Positions 13,676 to 24,936 of a DNA stretch of 64,000 nucleotides are shown piece after piece. Source of the stretch: Lama guanicoe (lineage: Eukaryota). The first letter of the stretch is position 1, and each line of letters starts with the position of its first letter. A program made the position numbers and the translations under genes. The notes under the pieces are model-generated. The model was not told the DNA's origin and searched no databases. It saw only the letters and a list, made by a program, of their open reading frames with translations. Where the stretch lies: assembly GCA_013239625.1 (NCBI GenBank), contig MU054187.1:1673964-1737963 (forward strand), given 5' to 3'.

Positions 13676-14059
13676 GAATGAAGTGTAAGTTCTGCCTTGA
13701 GTGGCGTAATATTCAGTGTCGATCAGAGTTTTAATTAATGAAGATTGTGACATATAGAATGTAGAACTTTTCAAATACAAACAACAGAGCAAAGATTATA
13801 TTATATTGTTAATTATATCATCCTAGCACTAGTTTCCTCTTTCTGGGGTTTGGCACTTAGTTTTCACACAATCCCTGAGACATTAGAATTTTAATAGATA
13901 CATTGTAAATGGATTTAATATAGTAACACTCGATAACTCTGCTAGGAAACAAAGAAACTTCTAAACCTGGAAGAATGAGCTGTGCAGTGTGGCTGCAAAG
14001 CCCCCTCGGGTTAGCTTCCAGCACCAGACGCTGCAGGTGGAGATTTAGTGGTGCGGTGA

Positions 14060-14312
14060 GCATGTGTGTAGGTTTGTATCTGTGCATATGTGTATATATG
14101 TATGTACACGTGTGTATATATGTGTGTGAATGTGTGTTTATGTGTGTATATGCATGTGTATGTGTGTGCGTATATGTGTATGAATGTAAATGTTTGCATA
14201 TGTGTATATGTGTATATATGTGTGTGTATGTGTGTATATGCATGTGTGTGATGTATGTGTGTGTGTGCATGTGTGTGTGTGTATATATATGTGTGTGTAC
14301 GTGTGTGTGTGT
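14060..14312. repeat. Compound (TG)/(TA)/(TGTA) microsatellite
   Basis: About 250 bp of almost pure alternating purine-pyrimidine sequence; source of the spurious His/Thr- and Cys/Val-rich ORFs. Confidence 0.95.
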
Positions 14313-15589
14313 GAGTCACCTGGAGAAAGACCAAGTTAATACAGAAAGTTGAGGAAGACTCTGCCTTTCCTCCCACCTGCACTCAGGTGTTGATGCAGAA
14401 CATGTGCAGAGATGACCCCAGGAGCCTTCGTGGGACTGAGGAGGCCTCCGCAGGGCAGTTGCAGAGGAGGGGGCCCGTGGGGCCAGAGCTCAGGGGTGGA
14501 GGGCCTCTGGGCCCTGGGGGAAGAACCCTGACCTGGGGCCGGGCAGGGTGGCCGCCCAGCACAGGGCAGGGCCAGCTTGGAGCCAGGCAGCTGGGGCTCA
14601 CGTGCCAGCCCCGCCCCGATAGCCTTGGGAGCCTGGCCCTGCTGGGAGATGGTTAAGCTTCATTGTCCTTGTCTGCACCCTGGGACAGTCACACTGACCT
14701 CATAGGGCAGTCAAGGGACACGTGAGGACCGCCTGGACTTGGGGAGGGTGGCACAGAGGGAAGTGAGGCTTTAGCTCAAGGCAAGTTAGGACGTCCTGAT
14801 GAGAGATGGCAGCTAATCCTGGAAGTGCTAAACCTTGGTTTGGATGGTCTCCTCTTAAGGAGCTTGTACAGAAAATCCAGGACGTTCCACTTCAGACACC
14901 CCTCCGCCCCTTTTTCCCTGTCGCTGGGGTCTCGCCCACGCTGAGTTGCCCCCCACTTTCAGACTCGGATGAATGTGGGAGTCACAGCCAGGTGGCCCGA
15001 GTGGGGAGTCAGCGCCTGGGGGAGGGAGCCCTGAACAAGGGGGAGACAGGACCCAGGGGAGCTGGGGGACCCTCCCCACCCCCGCGGCGGCCACCCCAGC
15101 AAGCTCGGTGAGACCAGGTGGCTGTGCAATGCCGCCACGTACACACAGCCCAGCCCGTCTTTGCCTCCCTGCCCGCTGCCCGCCGCACCGTCCTGGCCTT
15201 GCTCCTCCTAAACAAACTGAGGAATCTCAGCCTGGCTTCAGGCTCCACTTCCCGGGGGAGAAGGCTGAGACGGGCGCTTTTTTCAAATCTGAGATGTGCT
15301 TTCTTTGCAAAGCTAAGCTCTGACTTTCATCTCATCAGACAGGACGTCACACAAAGAGCAGTGTCAGCTGAGTCCTCCGGGCTTTGTGTCCCTGTTCCTG
15401 GCAGCCAGTCACATTTCCACGATGCTGGGTGGTTACTGCCTAAACATTTGGGGTCAAGACACCGAAATGACCTCACTGTTCACACAACTTGTGACATTGC
15501 GACGGGGACGCTAATCTCTTGTGGTCCAGGGCACCGATTATTCCTGAAGAACGAGTTTGTGGAGACTTTAGCTAGAAGAGAGAAAGGGT

Positions 15590-15810
15590 TCATGCTGAAG
15601 AAAGTCCACAAAGGGGGTCGAGGAGGCGCCCAGGAGGTGGGAGGAGAAGCCAGGAGAAGGCGGGGTCCTCGGCTCTGGAGGAAGAGAGTTCTGGAACGGG
15701 AAAGAAGGGCAGAGCAGATGCCACGGGGAGGGCGTGGAAGATGAAGACACTGGTGTCCACTCACAAGGGACCAGGGAGCCAGTGGCCTTGACCAGACTGG
15801 GTGGTGGGCT
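15590..15810 (-). mobile_element. L2 fragment
   Basis: 'gaggtgggaggagaagccaggagaagg...ggaagagagttc...gaagatgaagac...gtggccttgaccaga' resembles antisense L2. Confidence 0.55.
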
Positions 15811-16049
15811 CAGGGCTGGAGCCGGGGTGGACCTGCCGCCGTGCAGGTGAGCCAAGAGGCCAGGATACTGTGTGTGGACACAGAAGCTCAGTGGTGCCGG
15901 ACGGAGGGTCAGGGATGCTTCTACGCTGATGCTGACCAACTCAGGAGCGGGCAGAGACAGTGACTCCACAGACAGAAGCCGACAGAAGCGAAGACGGGGA
16001 GGGCAGAGACCGTGGCTGGAGAGACGGCCCTTTGGTCTGAGGAAGGCGC

Positions 16050-16355
16050 TTGTTTTCTGGGGCTGGGGGACAAGGGGCCACAGGCTGGGCGGTTCAAACA
16101 GGAGAAGCTCCTTTTCTCACAGTCCTGGAGGCTGAAATCAAGATCAGGGTCACAGCGGGGTGGGGTCCCTCTGAGGCAGCGAGAGAAGGACCTCCCTGCT
16201 TGGCCCTGGTTCCTCCACCTGAGTCTTCACTCCGTCTCCCTCTGTGTGCACGTGTCTGCGCTCACGGTCCTCTTCTTGTAGGCACTCCAGTCGGGTAGCA
16301 CTAGGGCCCACCCTAAAGGACTCATTTTAACTTAACTCTGCAAAGACCCTGTCTT
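16050..16355 (-). mobile_element. MLT1-type MaLR LTR, interrupted by a SINE
   Basis: 'ttctcacagtcctggaggctg...aagatcagggt...tagggcccaccctaaaggactcattttaacttaactctgcaaagaccctgtct'; resumes as 'aaggccctgtctccaaac' after the SINE. Confidence 0.75.
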
Positions 16356-16371
16356 TAAATCTAAAGACCCT

Positions 16372-16565
16372 GGGGGGAGGGTACAGCTCAGAGGCAGGGC
16401 ACGTGCTTAGCATACACGAGGTCCTAGTTCACTCCGCAGCACCTCCATGAAAACAAAAAGACAAAAAGCAACCGAATTACCCCTCCAAATAAACAAACAC
16501 ACAAACAAACAAAAAAACAAACAAACAAAAAAACGCACACAAGCAGAAAAGAAATTTAAACAAAA
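16372..16565 (+). mobile_element. tRNA-derived camelid SINE (Vic-1 type)
   Basis: ggggagggtacagctcagaggcagggcacgtgcttagcatacacgaggtcctagttcactccgcagcacctcc, then A-rich/(AAAC)n tail; flanks aaagaccctg / aaaggccctg. Confidence 0.85.
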
Positions 16566-16639
16566 GAAAGGCCCTGTCTCCAAACATAGGCACTCAGTTC
16601 GTGTGGATTTGTCATAACAAACATACCGTGTAACTAACT

Positions 16640-17042
16640 TACATGGAGAACCCCCCAAAACCAAAGCAACAGAACAAAACAAACATAAACTCATAGGTAC
16701 AGAGAACAGATTGAGAGTTGCCAGAAGAGGGTGGAGTGGGAGTGAATTGGGTGAAGATGTCACAGGTACAAACTTCCAGGTACAAGAGAAGTAAGTCCTG
16801 GGGTGTCATGTAGAGCATGGTGACTCTGCTCAACAAAGCTGTGTTGCATTTTTGAAGGTCACTAAGAGAGTAGATTTTAAAAGTTCCCGTCCCAAGAGAA
16901 AAAAATGTACCTATGTGTGGCGATGGATGTTAAGTAAACTTTCTGTGTTAATCATTTTGCACCACAGACATATATCAAATCATTATGTTGTACACTTAAA
17001 ACAAATACAGTGCTTTCTGTCAATTATAGTTAATAAAAAATG
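16640..17042 (+). mobile_element. L1 3' UTR (L1MA-type)
   Basis: 'aaactcataggtacagagaacagattg...ggtacaaacttccag...ctaagagagtagattttaaaagttc...tcattatgttgtacac...tgtcaattata..aataaaaaa'. Confidence 0.85.
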
Positions 17043-17824
17043 AAGAGAAGGAAAATAAGAGTGAGGAATGTACCAGAATTAGAAGAAGGAGGTCCAATAT
17101 CAAAATAATAGGGGTTTCAGATGTACTGCAACCAAAAAAAAAAAAAAAAAGAGAGAGAGGAAATTTTGGATAGACTATCTCAAGAAAATTTTGTATCAGG
17201 AAAAATACTTCCTTCTTGATTTAAAAGTTTTACTAAATATCCAGCAAAAACAAAACAAAACAAAACAAAAAATGAAATGTAGATATTTTCTGTTTCCATC
17301 TATGACTTCGCCTTCCTTCAATCCCATTTTTTTAAAAACTTGGACAAACCAGAGGTTGCCTTTATTTTTAAAATAGGCCCCCAGAAGGGTGTCCAGCAGA
17401 GTCTGTGCAGATGCACTCAGAGTGGGAGCTGTGACGGGCGGGGGGCCTGGAGGAGCCTGGTCTGGGGTCTGAGGGGCCCACCCAGGCCTCTAGGACAGTG
17501 GGGGGCCCGGGGGGAGACAGCTGTGTGGCGCTCCTGACCTTGCTTTGCTAGAGACCCTGTCTTCCCATTTAGCTCAGAATAATTCGAGTTGCCAAACTTC
17601 TGGACTTGGACAGCGAAAACGTCAGCACAGTCCAGTGCCCTGGAAGGTGCAGGAGGCCAAGGACCTTCATCCAGCCCTGAGGGAGGGGAAGGGACTCAAA
17701 AACATTTTTCCTTTTTGACTTGGAGAAATTACAAACCTGTGGCTTTCTTCTTTCTTATCTAGGGAGGAAAGCTCATGCTTCCTGAGAAAGAAATGTTTTA
17801 TCCGCCTCATGTAAGAGAAATGAG

Positions 17825-18110
17825 AAGCGCCCGCAGCCGCACCGGAGGCCTTGACCCCACCCTGGAAACCCCGCGCGGCGGCGCGTCTGGGAGCCGAGCT
17901 GCGCGCGCGGGGAGCAGCCACGGGCGCGTGCCGGCTCCGCGGCTGGGAGTGCGCGCTCAAGGCGTGCCGGTCCGGGCTCGGGCCGAAGCCGGTCCCCGTC
18001 CCCGTCCCCGTCCCCGGGCGAAGGCGCCCTCTGGTTTCTTCTCCAAGGCACGCATCTCATTCCTGCGGGCGCCGCCCCCACGACTGTCTGGGGCCCAGGT
18101 GGGCTGCCCC
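17825..18110. other. CpG island-like GC peak with a short (CCCGTC)n run
   Basis: Very dense CpG (gcgcggcggcgcg, gcgcgcgcgg) with abrupt AT-rich flanks. Confidence 0.75.
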
Positions 18111-18539
18111 CAAATGGATCTCAACGGCATATTGATTATTTTTTAATTAAAGTTACTTCAGAAATGGCCAGCGCAAGAACACTCTGTCCTCTCTGTCTCC
18201 CCGAAAGCAGGAGATAAACGTCCCAAGTGAAGGGTGTCCTCCCCGCACCTGGGGTGCCGGACCCGCCTCCCCTGAGAGGGGGCCGCAGCCGGGAAGGCTG
18301 CGGACAAGCCTCGTGACGGTTCCCGTGCTTCAGCACGTGTTACATTGATAGCAACTACGTGTACTATCAACTGATGCCTCAGGGTGCTTTTTTTTTTTTA
18401 CTTTTATCTATTTTGGATTATAGTCAACTTAGGACGCGGCGTTGATTTCTTGCCACAGCACAGTGATTCATTTATACCTGGTCTACGGCAACTGAAATCT
18501 CAGGGGCGCAAGTACGCGTAGATCAGAACCGGGAAAACC

Positions 18540-18720
18540 GTTTGGAGCAGCTGCCCGGCGGGTGGGGAGGCGGCCCTCCTGCGCGCGCGCGGCCGCAGCC
18601 CCGGCTGCAGGGAGGCCCAGCGCTGCTCTGCGCTCCCGGGTCGCGGGGAGCCGGGCAGCCCGGCTGGTGACGGACGTGCAGCTGCTCCGGAAGGCAGGCG
18701 AAAGCGGACGGAATGTTACC
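18540..18720. other. CpG island-like GC peak
   Basis: ctgcgcgcgcgcggccgcagccccggc...cccgggtcgcggggagccggg. Confidence 0.7.
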
Positions 18721-19090
18721 AAGCAAGTGGCCCTCCCCACCCGGAGCTCAAATAACACGCAATTACGAGAGGCTTTGAAATAACCCCGGCCCAGCTTCCA
18801 CCCGTCACTCTCCGCCACGTGGTAACTGCTACCGGTCACACCTTTCTGCTTCTCTGCTTCTCTCTGACCCTGGATAGATTACCCTGCACTGGGGATCAGC
18901 GTTCCCCTGTCCAGGGCACATCTCTGGGCTTCGGAGTGCTGAGTGGGGCACACTTGTCCCTCTGGACTAGAGTCGGGGTGGTTGCCTGGGGGCCGAGGGG
19001 GACGGGCTTCGAATTCATTGACTTTCCTGTCCACCTGTAACCAGGGAGCTAAAGGTTACAACGTTTTGCGTTCATAGCCTAAGATTAGCT

Positions 19091-19200
19091 TTCTTATTGT
19101 TGTCGTTCTTGTTTTGTTTTAATAGAGGTGCTGGGGGTTGAACCCAGGACCTTGTGCACGCTAAGTACGTGCTCTACCGCGGAGCTGTACCGCCTCCCCC
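19091..19200 (-). mobile_element. tRNA-derived camelid SINE (Vic-1 type)
   Basis: 'gaggtgctgggggttgaacccaggaccttgtgcacgctaagtacgtgctctaccgcggagctgtacc' with T-rich tail on the left. Confidence 0.85.
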
Positions 19201-19234
19201 AACCCTTAGAATGCACTTTTGTTTATTCACTCAG

Positions 19235-19528
19235 CAGCTGTGTCCTGAGAGCTGTCGGTGAGCAGGGGCTGCGCTCAGGCCGGAAAGGGTGAGCAAATCT
19301 CTGTGAGTGAACTTAAGCAGGAGAGAAGAGAAGGGACAGGCGTTATGTAAGCACAAAGTCCACTCGCTCTCCCTGGGGATGACGCAGCGAAGGGAACGCA
19401 GCCCCGCAAGGAGGCGGAGGGAGGCTTTACACAGGGATTGCGAGAACGCGGAGAACGTGGGGAGAGAGGGGGCTCTCCCAGTGCTGCTCTGTGCACTCCG
19501 TGTCTGCTGCATCCCAGATGGAATGATG
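19235..19528 (+). pseudogene. Exon-like remnant
   Basis: Acceptor cacttttgtttattcactcAG (NAGNAG); strong donor GATG|gtaagt; translation QALCKHKVHSLSLGMTQRRE...; another frame ends RWND. Confidence 0.45.
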
Positions 19529-20258
19529 GTAAGTGGCCGCGTGCTTCCTCCTAACACACAGCGCTTTGTATACAAAGTCTGATTAAGCGTTGCTTCATTG
19601 TAAGCATTGCAAGAAGGTTTAAAAAAAAGTCTGGTTTTCAAATTCTGAGTGAATGTACGACTTGTTTCCACTGTATCAGTTGGTTCTTCTTTATGTGAAA
19701 TTTTGGTGACTTTCTCGTGCTCATAAACAAAGTTAACAGAAACATTGAAGCCACAGACTGTGGAAGCTCACGGACAGCAGACAGACGTGAAGATGGCACT
19801 CCCCCTCCACCCCACACAACGGCCAAACGGGCTTTAGGACCAGCAGATGCTTACGATAACATCAAGGCTGTTTCCACATCACAGGACTGTCACATGAGCT
19901 TTTTCCAAATATAAATTCACCTCTCTGCCAAGGCACTGTGACATGATCGCTAAACAGCTTCCGTATTGAAAGTGGTGGAGACATTCAGAGAGGGAAATAA
20001 GATCACATTTTAGAAGGAAGCCCCCCGCCAAAAATAAAAAATAAAAAAATAAAGAAGGAAGCTTCCTATGCATAGGGCACATATGTGGACATGTGTATCC
20101 ATGTCCCGGAGTTCTGCACGTCTGCCTGTTTCAACAAATTTAGAGACACATAAGGGGCCAGTCCCAAGCGTGGCACTTTAGGTGATGCCTTTTACGGGGT
20201 AGTAATTTGCAGCTGGCTGTTCGCCACGTAGCTGAGGAGACGCCTCTGTTTCCATCAG

Positions 20259-20542
20259 GGTGAATCCCGACCAGAAACAGTCTGTCCTGGAGAACCTAAG
20301 AATGGTAGGGGTCCTCCGCCCCTGTTCTCCCCAGGAGATGACGGCTCACTCAGGTGCCCCTGGGAGCTGCTGGATGACACCATGCGACAGCTCGTCTTTC
20401 CATCACTGTGCTCCTTGCTGCAGGAAGAGCATCACACGTCTTGCTTTCCCGCACCCTGTGGACAGCCGACACACGGGCGCTGGTGGGGCCAGCAGGGCTC
20501 ACTCAGCAAAGGGGGCGAGTCAGCGTTATCTGTTAAGAGCAG
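20259..20542 (+). pseudogene. Exon-like remnant(s)
   Basis: Acceptors ctgtttccatcAG (20258) and ctgttctccccAG (~20334); donor ATG|gtaggg (20304); ends ...SQRYLLRA at a possibly decayed donor CAG|gcgagg. Confidence 0.3.
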
Positions 20543-20599
20543 GCGAGGACCGGGAGGTGGGCGCTCTGCACATTTACCTGCCAACACTGAGAAGCCTTC

Positions 20600-21330
20600 G
20601 CTTTCTCCGTTCTTATAGCAACTTTGTCATTTAGTTCATAAACCATAAACCCTTTCAGAGGGTACAGTCCAGTAGTTTTTGGTGTGTTCGCAGCTACAGC
20701 ACGTTCGCAGCATAGTCTCATTTGAGGTATTTTACAGCCCCCACCAAGGAACCCCCTTCTCACTGCCCCCTCCAGCTTCTGGCGGCCTTTCTGTCTGTAG
20801 GAATTTACCTATTTGTTATTACTTTATTTTCTTGTCAATAATTATGTCTTCCTGACTGACTGACCGTTTATCAATACAAGACATTCTTTCTCTCCACTGT
20901 GTTGGGCATGAGGGTAGCCGCTCCGTTTTCCTTTTGATCCCAGTTCTTGCACTGTGTCTCTTACCCCCTTTTGCTTTCAACCCATTTGTGTTTCTGAACC
21001 TAAACAGTGTCTCTTGTAAATAGCATGGGGTTGGGTCATGACTTTTTTCATCCATTTTGGCAATCTCTGCCTTGCAGGTGGAGGGCTGAATCAGCTTCCA
21101 GTGACCGTGATTACGGAAAAGGTTTATTTCTGCTATGTTGCTGTGTGTTTCCCTCACCTCTCCCACTCCTTACCCGCTTTAGCCCTCATTCACACCTTTC
21201 TTATCTTATGTAGGTGTTTCCTATTGTACCGTTTAACTTCATTTCTTGTCTCTTTTGCTGTAATTTTGGAGTTATTTTCTTAGTAGTTGCCCTAGAGGTT
21301 ACAGTTAGCACCTTAACTTTAAAAATATTA
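20600..21330 (-). mobile_element. L1 fragments (3' end plus ORF2 endonuclease region)
   Basis: Minus ORF 20819-21166 contains HDPTPCYLQETLFRFRNTNGLKAKG, matching L1 ORF2 EN QDPTICCLQETHF...RLKVKG. Confidence 0.8.
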
Positions 21331-21770
21331 ATTTCCACAATATAATACAATATTTCAATAATACACTGATTTCAGTAATAGCACCACAAACTGTCAATGT
21401 TATTTGGGGTCCAATGAGACACTCCTCTTGCTCCAGAAATCCCAGCGGTTTAGAGGTTCCCCCCCAGGAGCCGGGGACGAAGGCCAGGCCTCTTTTTGGG
21501 TAAAGTCAGCTCTTTACCATGCAGTCTTTGTAACAGTGTTGAACTAGTATTATTTAATTAAATCATGAAAATTGAAATTCGTGCATGTTGGAAACATACG
21601 CAGCGAAAAACATGCACATATCTCACATGTATGAACTGCTTATAAAAGATAAAAAAATTTATTTTCTTATTTAGAAAAATGATTTGTCAGAATGTATCAG
21701 AAAGCCTTGAAAAAAATCTTAGATTGCATCCAATGATCTCATATTGTGATTCATTCAAAGAGTGACATCA

Positions 21771-21878
21771 GAATATGAAGATGAATATACGTATGTTCCT
21801 CTATGACTGAAGCATTGTGCTGTGCACCAGAAATTGACACAACATTGTAAACTGACTACACTTAAATAAAAGTATAAA
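21771..21878 (+). mobile_element. Very short 5'-truncated L1 tail with perfect 14-bp TSD
   Basis: 'atgactgaagcattgtgctgtgcaccagaaattgacacaacattgtaaactgactacacttaaataaaa'; aaagagtgacatca at 21757-21770 and 21879-21892. Confidence 0.9.
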
Positions 21879-22789
21879 AAAGAGTGACATCAAATATATT
21901 AAAAAATTAATACCAAAAAATTGAAAATAACCTAAATTGGGAAATGTTTACATTTGGAGGAATGTAATGAAGCTATGTTAATCCAGCAAATTGAGAAATG
22001 TTTTTATATAGTGTGATCTGAAAAAGTGCATAAAGTTATATATGAACAGAGCAAAATCATATTTTAGAAGGCACACTAAAACTTTTAGAGTAGTGATCTT
22101 TGATCTGTAAAGAAGTAAATTGCTAATTTAGTTTTACTTTTCTCTGTACTTCAATTTTTCACAAGCATGAATTTATTAAAACATAAAGCATAAACATGAA
22201 TTTGCATGGCGAGTTAGTTTGTGAATAGGCGTGGCTGGGGCACTGTTTAGCTTGGGCCGCCACAGAAATTTATTGGGGGCTGGGACTTCAGTATGTACAT
22301 TGGTGGGGGCACAAACATTTGGTATTACTGGCAGCCAGCTGAACATTGAAAGTGACTTAAAACATAACGTATTGTGTAAAAGAGGACTTAGAGTGGACTT
22401 CCTTAATGTAGGTTCCATGAAAGACGTTTGGGAGCGTGCAGCCTTCTTGAAGTTAGGTCCAAGATTGTCTTGGCATTTGTTCTGGGGGTGGAAATAGTGC
22501 AGAACTTCCATCAGATGTTCAAAGCATATGTGACCTCAAAAAAGGTAAGAGCCACTCGAGGAGAGGAAATTTACAAGAGGAACACCAAAATGAAACTGTA
22601 CATGAGAGAAGCAAGAGTGATGCCTAGATGGGCAAACTCATCGCTGAGGGTTTTCTCAGCACAGAACAGAGACAGTGAGGCAAGAACATGGAAGGAACAG
22701 CTCTGGGGGTCGTGGGCCTGGCTTTGAGCCTCACCATTTTTGGCTAGAGTTGAGGGTGAGGTTTTAGAGCTCCTGGGGTCTGTCGCTGA

Positions 22790-23406
22790 GTCTGCAAGTC
22801 TAGAGTGTTGGCTGAAGCTGGCCGGGTGCTGCCAGGCACGGGGCCGGGCAGTTTACCCCATTCCCACGCGCACGGCATCCATGCAGTGCTCCCCGGCAGC
22901 AGGGCTGTGGCCCCACTTCAGGGGTGTGGAGGGTAAGTCGGAGTCCCAGAGTCTGGCACTGGGAGACCCTCGGGGACCCTGGCTTCCACTCCCCCTGAAG
23001 TGGAGCAGTTACATTACTGTCACCACGGAGCCGTTCCTGTCCTCCCACCCCCCGGTGTACTGAGACTGCTGGAAACACAAGTGGACTTCCATCCACTCTG
23101 ACATCCTGGAAGGAGCGAATATGCCAGACACGGCTGGGACCCCGAGATGCAGGTCAGGCTGAAGGCTTGCAGGGTGGTGCTGGTCGCCCCCAGGGGTTTG
23201 ACTCCAAGACCAAAGGTCTGTGGACGGAGTATAGTGACTTGGTGCTGAGAGTGGAAACCTTGCAGTTGCTGGGAAGAGGACCACATGGCACCCACTTCGC
23301 AGAAACTTCTTTCCCTCTCTGTCCACTCCAGAAGGACTGTGGGGCAGTGACTCAGTGTCAGACCATTCTTGGGGTCTGGGCCAGATGTACCCTTCACGTA
23401 TACTAG
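22790..23406 (+). pseudogene. Exon-like remnant(s)
   Basis: SASLECWLKLAGCCQARGRA... ending at donor GAGG|gtaagt (22932/22933); then a stop-free frame 22999-23403 containing STLTSWKERICQ and YSDLVLRVETLQ. Confidence 0.4.
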
Positions 23407-24717
23407 GTTGCTTGCTTTCATGGACTTATGCACTGGATTCCCACACAGAATTTGCACAAAATCCTTGGTTGAATTTGGATCTCAAGAAAGGATGAGATTG
23501 GATTACTTGAAGCAGGAGACCCACTGCCCCCTGGTGGCAAGACTGCAAACTTCAGGGCTCGTGCCCAGAGGAATAAGGCAGTTTTGAGGGTTAATTTATA
23601 CAACAGGGGAGACGTGTATTACTAAATCACAGTGAGTCAGAAGAGCTGTCTGTTTTTTTTTTTTTTTTGCGGGGGGGGGGACTGACACTAAAAAAAAAAA
23701 ATTAAGTGAAGAGGAACTCGCACCTGTCATAAGATTTCTGTACACAAGAGTTTTGGAGAGGATTTCAAAGTACCGCCACCCCAAAGCAGTCCTGAAAGGA
23801 GTCGACAGACTGAGCTCTGATGAAGCGACTTCGTGAACGTGACGTTGTTGGCACAGCGCTTCCTTCCTTTTCTGTTACTCTGTTTTATTGCAAAGCAGAC
23901 CTCTCCTCTCACGCCTTCTGTCCGTTCCGTTCCTCTTCCCTCCCTGGAGGTGGGATGACGCAGGGTCCGTGGTTTTGGCCCGCAGAGTGAGTTAGCACAT
24001 GCCTTAGTTAGCAGCGGGAGAGGCCAACGCCATGCCAAGGGGCTTGGTCAGTTTCTAAGGGGGTCGCTTAGCTCTGTGTCGTCTCATGGCCACACGTGTG
24101 ACTTTAATCACGCTGGTCAGTTTTCTCTAGCTCCAAAGTTTACCAAGGGCAAGTAACACGGTGGACACCCAGCGACACCACGGAAGCAGCTCAGGCAGCA
24201 ACGTCCTGGGTAGCTGGTTAGCACCGACCTCCTAAATCTAAGGGAACAGACATGTGCCCCCGTACGCCGGTGGGCTGGTTACTACCCGTGCCCAGGGGTA
24301 CCAGGTGCACAGAGACCTTTGCACGCCAAACCGCGCATGTCTAGTAAGTGACGGATGCGATGCCACTGACAGAAACTTTCTGGGAAAAGTTACCCATTTT
24401 ATTTGCATTTGACGTTTTATAGGACTTTAAAGCCCTGACTTCTTTCCCAGTCCTTCCAGCAGAGCCCGGGGTGCACCTGCGTTCCCTGTGCAGCACACGG
24501 ACGTGCTCTGACGGGGCGGGGCAGCCAATAGCGTGAGCAGCCTCTCACCTGTAAGCCTTCTCACCTGTGGGACGCCTCCTCCTCCTCCTTCTGTCCGATC
24601 AGAGGCTGCCACTCCGCTCTCTGTGCTCCTGTGACGCCATCTCAGCACATCTGGCTTGGTGGCTATTGACTTAAGTTAAATTCGAGACAAAAACAGATAA
24701 TTTAAGATTGTTTCCAG

Positions 24718-24819
24718 GGCAGGGGAGGGTATAGCTCAAGTGGGTTCATGGGTTCAATCCCCAGTACCTCGTCTAAAAATAAATAAGTGAATAAACCTAA
24801 TTATCCCGCCCCCCCCCCA
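24718..24819 (+). mobile_element. Internally deleted camelid SINE (Vic-1 type) with 11-bp TSD
   Basis: ggggagggtatagctcaagtgggttcatgggttcaatccccagtacctc...cctaattatcccgccccc; attgtttccag at 24707-24717 and 24820-24830. Confidence 0.9.
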
Positions 24820-24936
24820 ATTGTTTCCAGTCTTTCAGCTCCTTCTGAGCCAGAGATGGAAGGGACAGGACTAGAGGCTGGAGGCTGGGAGGGAGACTGA
24901 GGGACATGGAGGAATTTAGGAGGGTCTCATGTTCAG

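Larger units (their letters stand above)
17763..18821 (+). pseudogene. Exon-like remnant (large, GC/CpG-rich)
   Basis: Acceptor gctttcttctttcttatctAG|G at 17762/17763; possible donor GTG|gtaact at 18821/18822; contains KPFGAAARRV...RAARLVTDVQLLRKA. Confidence 0.35.

Noticed and set aside
13857..14382. His/Thr-rich and Cys/Val-rich ORFs
   Set aside because: Translations of the TG/TA microsatellite.
15118..15744. 208-aa + strand ORF
   Set aside because: GTG start, the 3' part overlaps an L2-like fragment, and there is no recognisable domain.
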